Assembly (NCBI RefSeq): GCF_000090965.1 | Contig: NC_008513.1 | Coordinates: 120,001 to 152,000 of the forward strand | DNA: 32,000 bases | From: Candidatus Saccharimonadota bacterium | Lineage (GTDB): Bacteria > Pseudomonadota > Gammaproteobacteria > Enterobacterales > Enterobacteriaceae | Direction of reading: 5' to 3' | Shown: positions 29,470 through 32,000 of the stretch, in pieces | Layout of the letters: every line of letters starts with the position of its first letter | Position numbering within the stretch: position 1 is the first letter of the stretch | Program-made: the position numbers and the translations under genes | Notes under the pieces: model-generated | The model's input: only the letters and a program-made list of their open reading frames with translations | Told to the model about the DNA's origin: nothing | The model's database searches: none

Positions 29470-32000
29470 ATGTTAGGTAAACTAATTAATAAATTTTTTC
29501 TTAGTCGTAATGAACGTATTTTAAAAAATTTAAATGATCTTGTGATCAAAATTAATATTTTAGAAAAAGATCTTTTAAAATTATCTGATAAAGAACTAAA
29601 AAAAAAAACAAATGAGTTTAAATTAAGATTAAAGTACGGTGATTCTTTAGATTCTTTATTACCAGAAGCTTTTTCTGTAATTCGTGAAGCTAGTAAAAGA
29701 ATTTTTGGTATGAGACATTTTGATGTACAAATTTTAGGAGGGATAATTTTACATAAACAGTGTATTGCCGAAATGCGAACTGGTGAAGGAAAAACTTTAA
29801 CTGCGACATTACCTGCATATTTAAATGCATTAACAGGTAAAGGTGTACATATTGTTACAATGAATGATTATTTAGCTCAGAGAGATGCTAATAAAAATCG
29901 TATTTTATTTGAATTTTTAGGATTGACTGTTGGTATAAATGTATCTGGAATGTCTAGATTAGATAAAAAAAATGCTTATTTAGCAGATATTACTTATGGT
30001 ACGAATCATGAATATGGTTTTGATTATTTACGCGATAATATGGTTTTTAATAGCGAAAAAAAAGTTCAAAGAAAGTTATATTTTGCTTTGATTGATGAAG
30101 TTGATTCAATTTTAATAGATGAAGCTCGAACACCTCTTGTTATTTCCGGACCGATAGAAAATAGTAATATACTATATGATCGAATTAATTCTTTAGTATC
30201 TGATTTAATACCACAAAATAAAAAATATGATAATTCTTTTAATGAAATAGGAGATTTTTGTATTGATTATAAGCAACGTCAAGTAAATTTAACTGAAATG
30301 GGTTTAAAAAAAATAGAGAAATTATTGGTTAAGTATAAATTTATATCAAAAGAAGAGTCATTATATTTATCTAAAAATATTTTTTTTATTCATCATATTC
30401 TTTTAGCGCTTAAAGCGCATTATTTATTTTTAAAAAATGTAGATTATATTATAAAAGATGATCAAATAATTATTGTTGATGAACATACTGGAAGAATTAT
30501 GTCTAGTAGAAGATGGTCTGATGGTTTACATCAAGCTATTGAAGCTAAAGAAAATGTTTTTATACAAAATGATAATCAGACTTTAGCTACTATGACTTTA
30601 CAAAATTATTTTCGTTTATATAAAAAATTATCTGGAATGACTGGAACTGCTTCTACAGAAGCATTTGAGTTTAATTCAATTTATAATTTAGATACTGTAA
30701 TTATCCCAACAAATAAACCTATGATTCGTAATGATCTTCCAGATTTAGTTTTTGTATCTAAATCTGACAAAATGAATGCTATTATTTCTGATATAAAAAA
30801 TTGTGTATTTCGTCAACAACCTGTTTTAGTTGGTACTGTTTCTATTGAAAAATCTGAAAAAATTTCAAGATTATTAAATAAATTAAATATTAAACATAAT
30901 GTTTTAAATGCTAAATTTCATTCTCAAGAAGCTGATATTATAGCTAAAGCTGGAGAACCTAATGCTGTAACTATAGCTACTAATATGGCTGGTAGAGGTA
31001 CAGATATTGTATTAGGAGGGATTTTAAAAAAAGAAAATAATGAAAAATTTTTTACTACTAAAAATAGTGTTAAATTATTAAATATATGGAAAAAAAAAAA
31101 TAGATTAGTTATTAAATCGGGTGGTTTACATATTATTGGTACTGAAAGACATGAATCACGTAGAATTGATAATCAATTACGTGGAAGATCAGGAAGACAA
31201 GGTGATCCTGGTTCTTCAAGATTTTATTTATCTTTAGAAGATACATTAATGAAGTTTTTCGCTTCAGAAAATGTTATTAAAATTATAAAAACTCTTGGAT
31301 TAAAATCTAATCAATCAATTGAACATCCATGGTTAAATAGTGCTATTGAAAGAGCTCAAAAAAAAGTAGAGAATTGTAATTTTGATATTAGAAAACAGTT
31401 ATTAGAATATGATAATGTTATTAATGAACAACGTTCAGTAATATACAATGAAAGAAACAAATTAATTAATAAATTAGATATTCATGATCATATTTTATTT
31501 ATTTTAAAAGATCGTATAAATTTTTGTATTAAACAATATATTTCTGGTAATTCAATGAATGTCGATAGTTTTTTTGCTCTAGAAAAAGAACTGAAAAATA
31601 ATTTTTATTTTATAAAATCGATAAATAAATTTTTAGAACATGATACTACATTATACGAAAATGTAGATAAATTAATTGATTTAATTGTTACTACAATACA
31701 ATTTAGTTATAATAAAAATACAGCAATAGTATCAAAAAAATACTCTAATATGATTGAAAAATCTGTTATGTTACAGATATTAGATATTTTTTGGATAGAA
31801 CATTTAAATGCTGTAGATTTTTTAAAACAAAGCATTCATTTACGAGGATATGCGCAACAAGATCCTCAGCAAGAATATAAACGTGAATCTTTTTTTATGT
31901 TTCAATCTATGTTAGAAGCTATAAAAAATAATGTTATTAAGAGTTTAATTAATATTTTTTTTGTAGATTTTAAAAAAAATAAAAATATTTATATAAATTT
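29470..32000 (+). CDS. secA: Preprotein translocase ATPase SecA, 5'-complete; the 3' end lies right of the window (843 codons present)
   Basis: Not in the ORF track because no stop falls in the window. I translated frame 1 from ATG 29470 by eye and found no stop to nt 32000. The N-terminus [19 protein letters not shown] aligns with E. coli MLIKLLTKVFGSRNDRTLR. It has Walker [30 protein letters not shown], the DEAD-like [107 protein letters not shown], and [17 protein letters not shown]. Confidence 0.96.
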   Translation, partial: MLGKLINKFFLSRNERILKNLNDLVIKINILEKDLLKLSDKELKKKTNEFKLRLKYGDSLDSLLPEAFSVIREASKRIFGMRHFDVQILGGIILHKQCIAEMRTGEGKTLTATLPAYLNALTGKGVHIVTMNDYLAQRDANKNRILFEFLGLTVGINVSGMSRLDKKNAYLADITYGTNHEYGFDYLRDNMVFNSEKKVQRKLYFALIDEVDSILIDEARTPLVISGPIENSNILYDRINSLVSDLIPQNKKYDNSFNEIGDFCIDYKQRQVNLTEMGLKKIEKLLVKYKFISKEESLYLSKNIFFIHHILLALKAHYLFLKNVDYIIKDDQIIIVDEHTGRIMSSRRWSDGLHQAIEAKENVFIQNDNQTLATMTLQNYFRLYKKLSGMTGTASTEAFEFNSIYNLDTVIIPTNKPMIRNDLPDLVFVSKSDKMNAIISDIKNCVFRQQPVLVGTVSIEKSEKISRLLNKLNIKHNVLNAKFHSQEADIIAKAGEPNAVTIATNMAGRGTDIVLGGILKKENNEKFFTTKNSVKLLNIWKKKNRLVIKSGGLHIIGTERHESRRIDNQLRGRSGRQGDPGSSRFYLSLEDTLMKFFASENVIKIIKTLGLKSNQSIEHPWLNSAIERAQKKVENCNFDIRKQLLEYDNVINEQRSVIYNERNKLINKLDIHDHILFILKDRINFCIKQYISGNSMNVDSFFALEKELKNNFYFIKSINKFLEHDTTLYENVDKLIDLIVTTIQFSYNKNTAIVSKKYSNMIEKSVMLQILDIFWIEHLNAVDFLKQSIHLRGYAQQDPQQEYKRESFFMFQSMLEAIKNNVIKSLINIFFVDFKKNKNIYIN

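Noticed and set aside
1-32000. A novel defence, mobile or secretion 'system' hidden in the window
   Set aside because: Every ORF longer than about 100 codons is accounted for by a well-known housekeeping orthologue in conserved enterobacterial-type neighbourhoods. The remaining gaps are near-pure A/T with no ORFs, no repeat-spacer architecture, no inverted terminal repeats and no integrase or transposase. I cannot support any such claim from the sequence.

Overview
This is an extremely A+T-rich window (roughly four-fifths A/T by eye, not computed). It is gene-dense and repeat-poor, and its proteins are Lys/Ile/Asn/Phe-enriched versions of E. coli housekeeping proteins. The gene order is nuoI-J-K-L-M-N | prs | prfA-prmC-sirB1 | ackA-pta | gyrA | ahpC | ung | grpE | ssrA | grxD | rnt | pth-ychF | thrC-B-A | pcnB | truA | secA. 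This is what I expect from a strongly reduced aphid endosymbiont (Buchnera aphidicola-like). That lineage call is inference from gene content, synteny and composition, with no database search. All product calls rest on motifs and on E. coli orthologue sequences recalled from memory.

Two features are missing from the supplied ORF track and were read directly from the sequence. One is a tmRNA gene (ssrA, minus strand, 17530-17895). The other is a secA ORF that starts at 29470 and runs off the right edge. nuoI runs off the left edge.

I see no transposase, integrase, phage, CRISPR, toxin-antitoxin or defence-like gene, no tRNA or rRNA, and no unexplained long ORF. I therefore do NOT find a novel multi-gene system here.

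The items worth a second look concern genome decay and regulation:
- nuoM is broken by two compensating 1-nt indels, one of them in a T10 tract.
- In the tmRNA tag, the canonical GCA resume codon is 1 nt out of frame with the conserved YALAA-stop.
- pta is reduced to its catalytic domain.
- Very long homopolymers sit inside essential genes.
- The ThrA regulatory region is degenerate and there is no thr leader.
- GyrA has no acidic tail.
- sirB1 is retained next to prfA-prmC.
- Several oversized, featureless spacers may be gene graveyards.

Of 25 complete CDS, 24 end in TAA, 1 in TGA and 0 in TAG.
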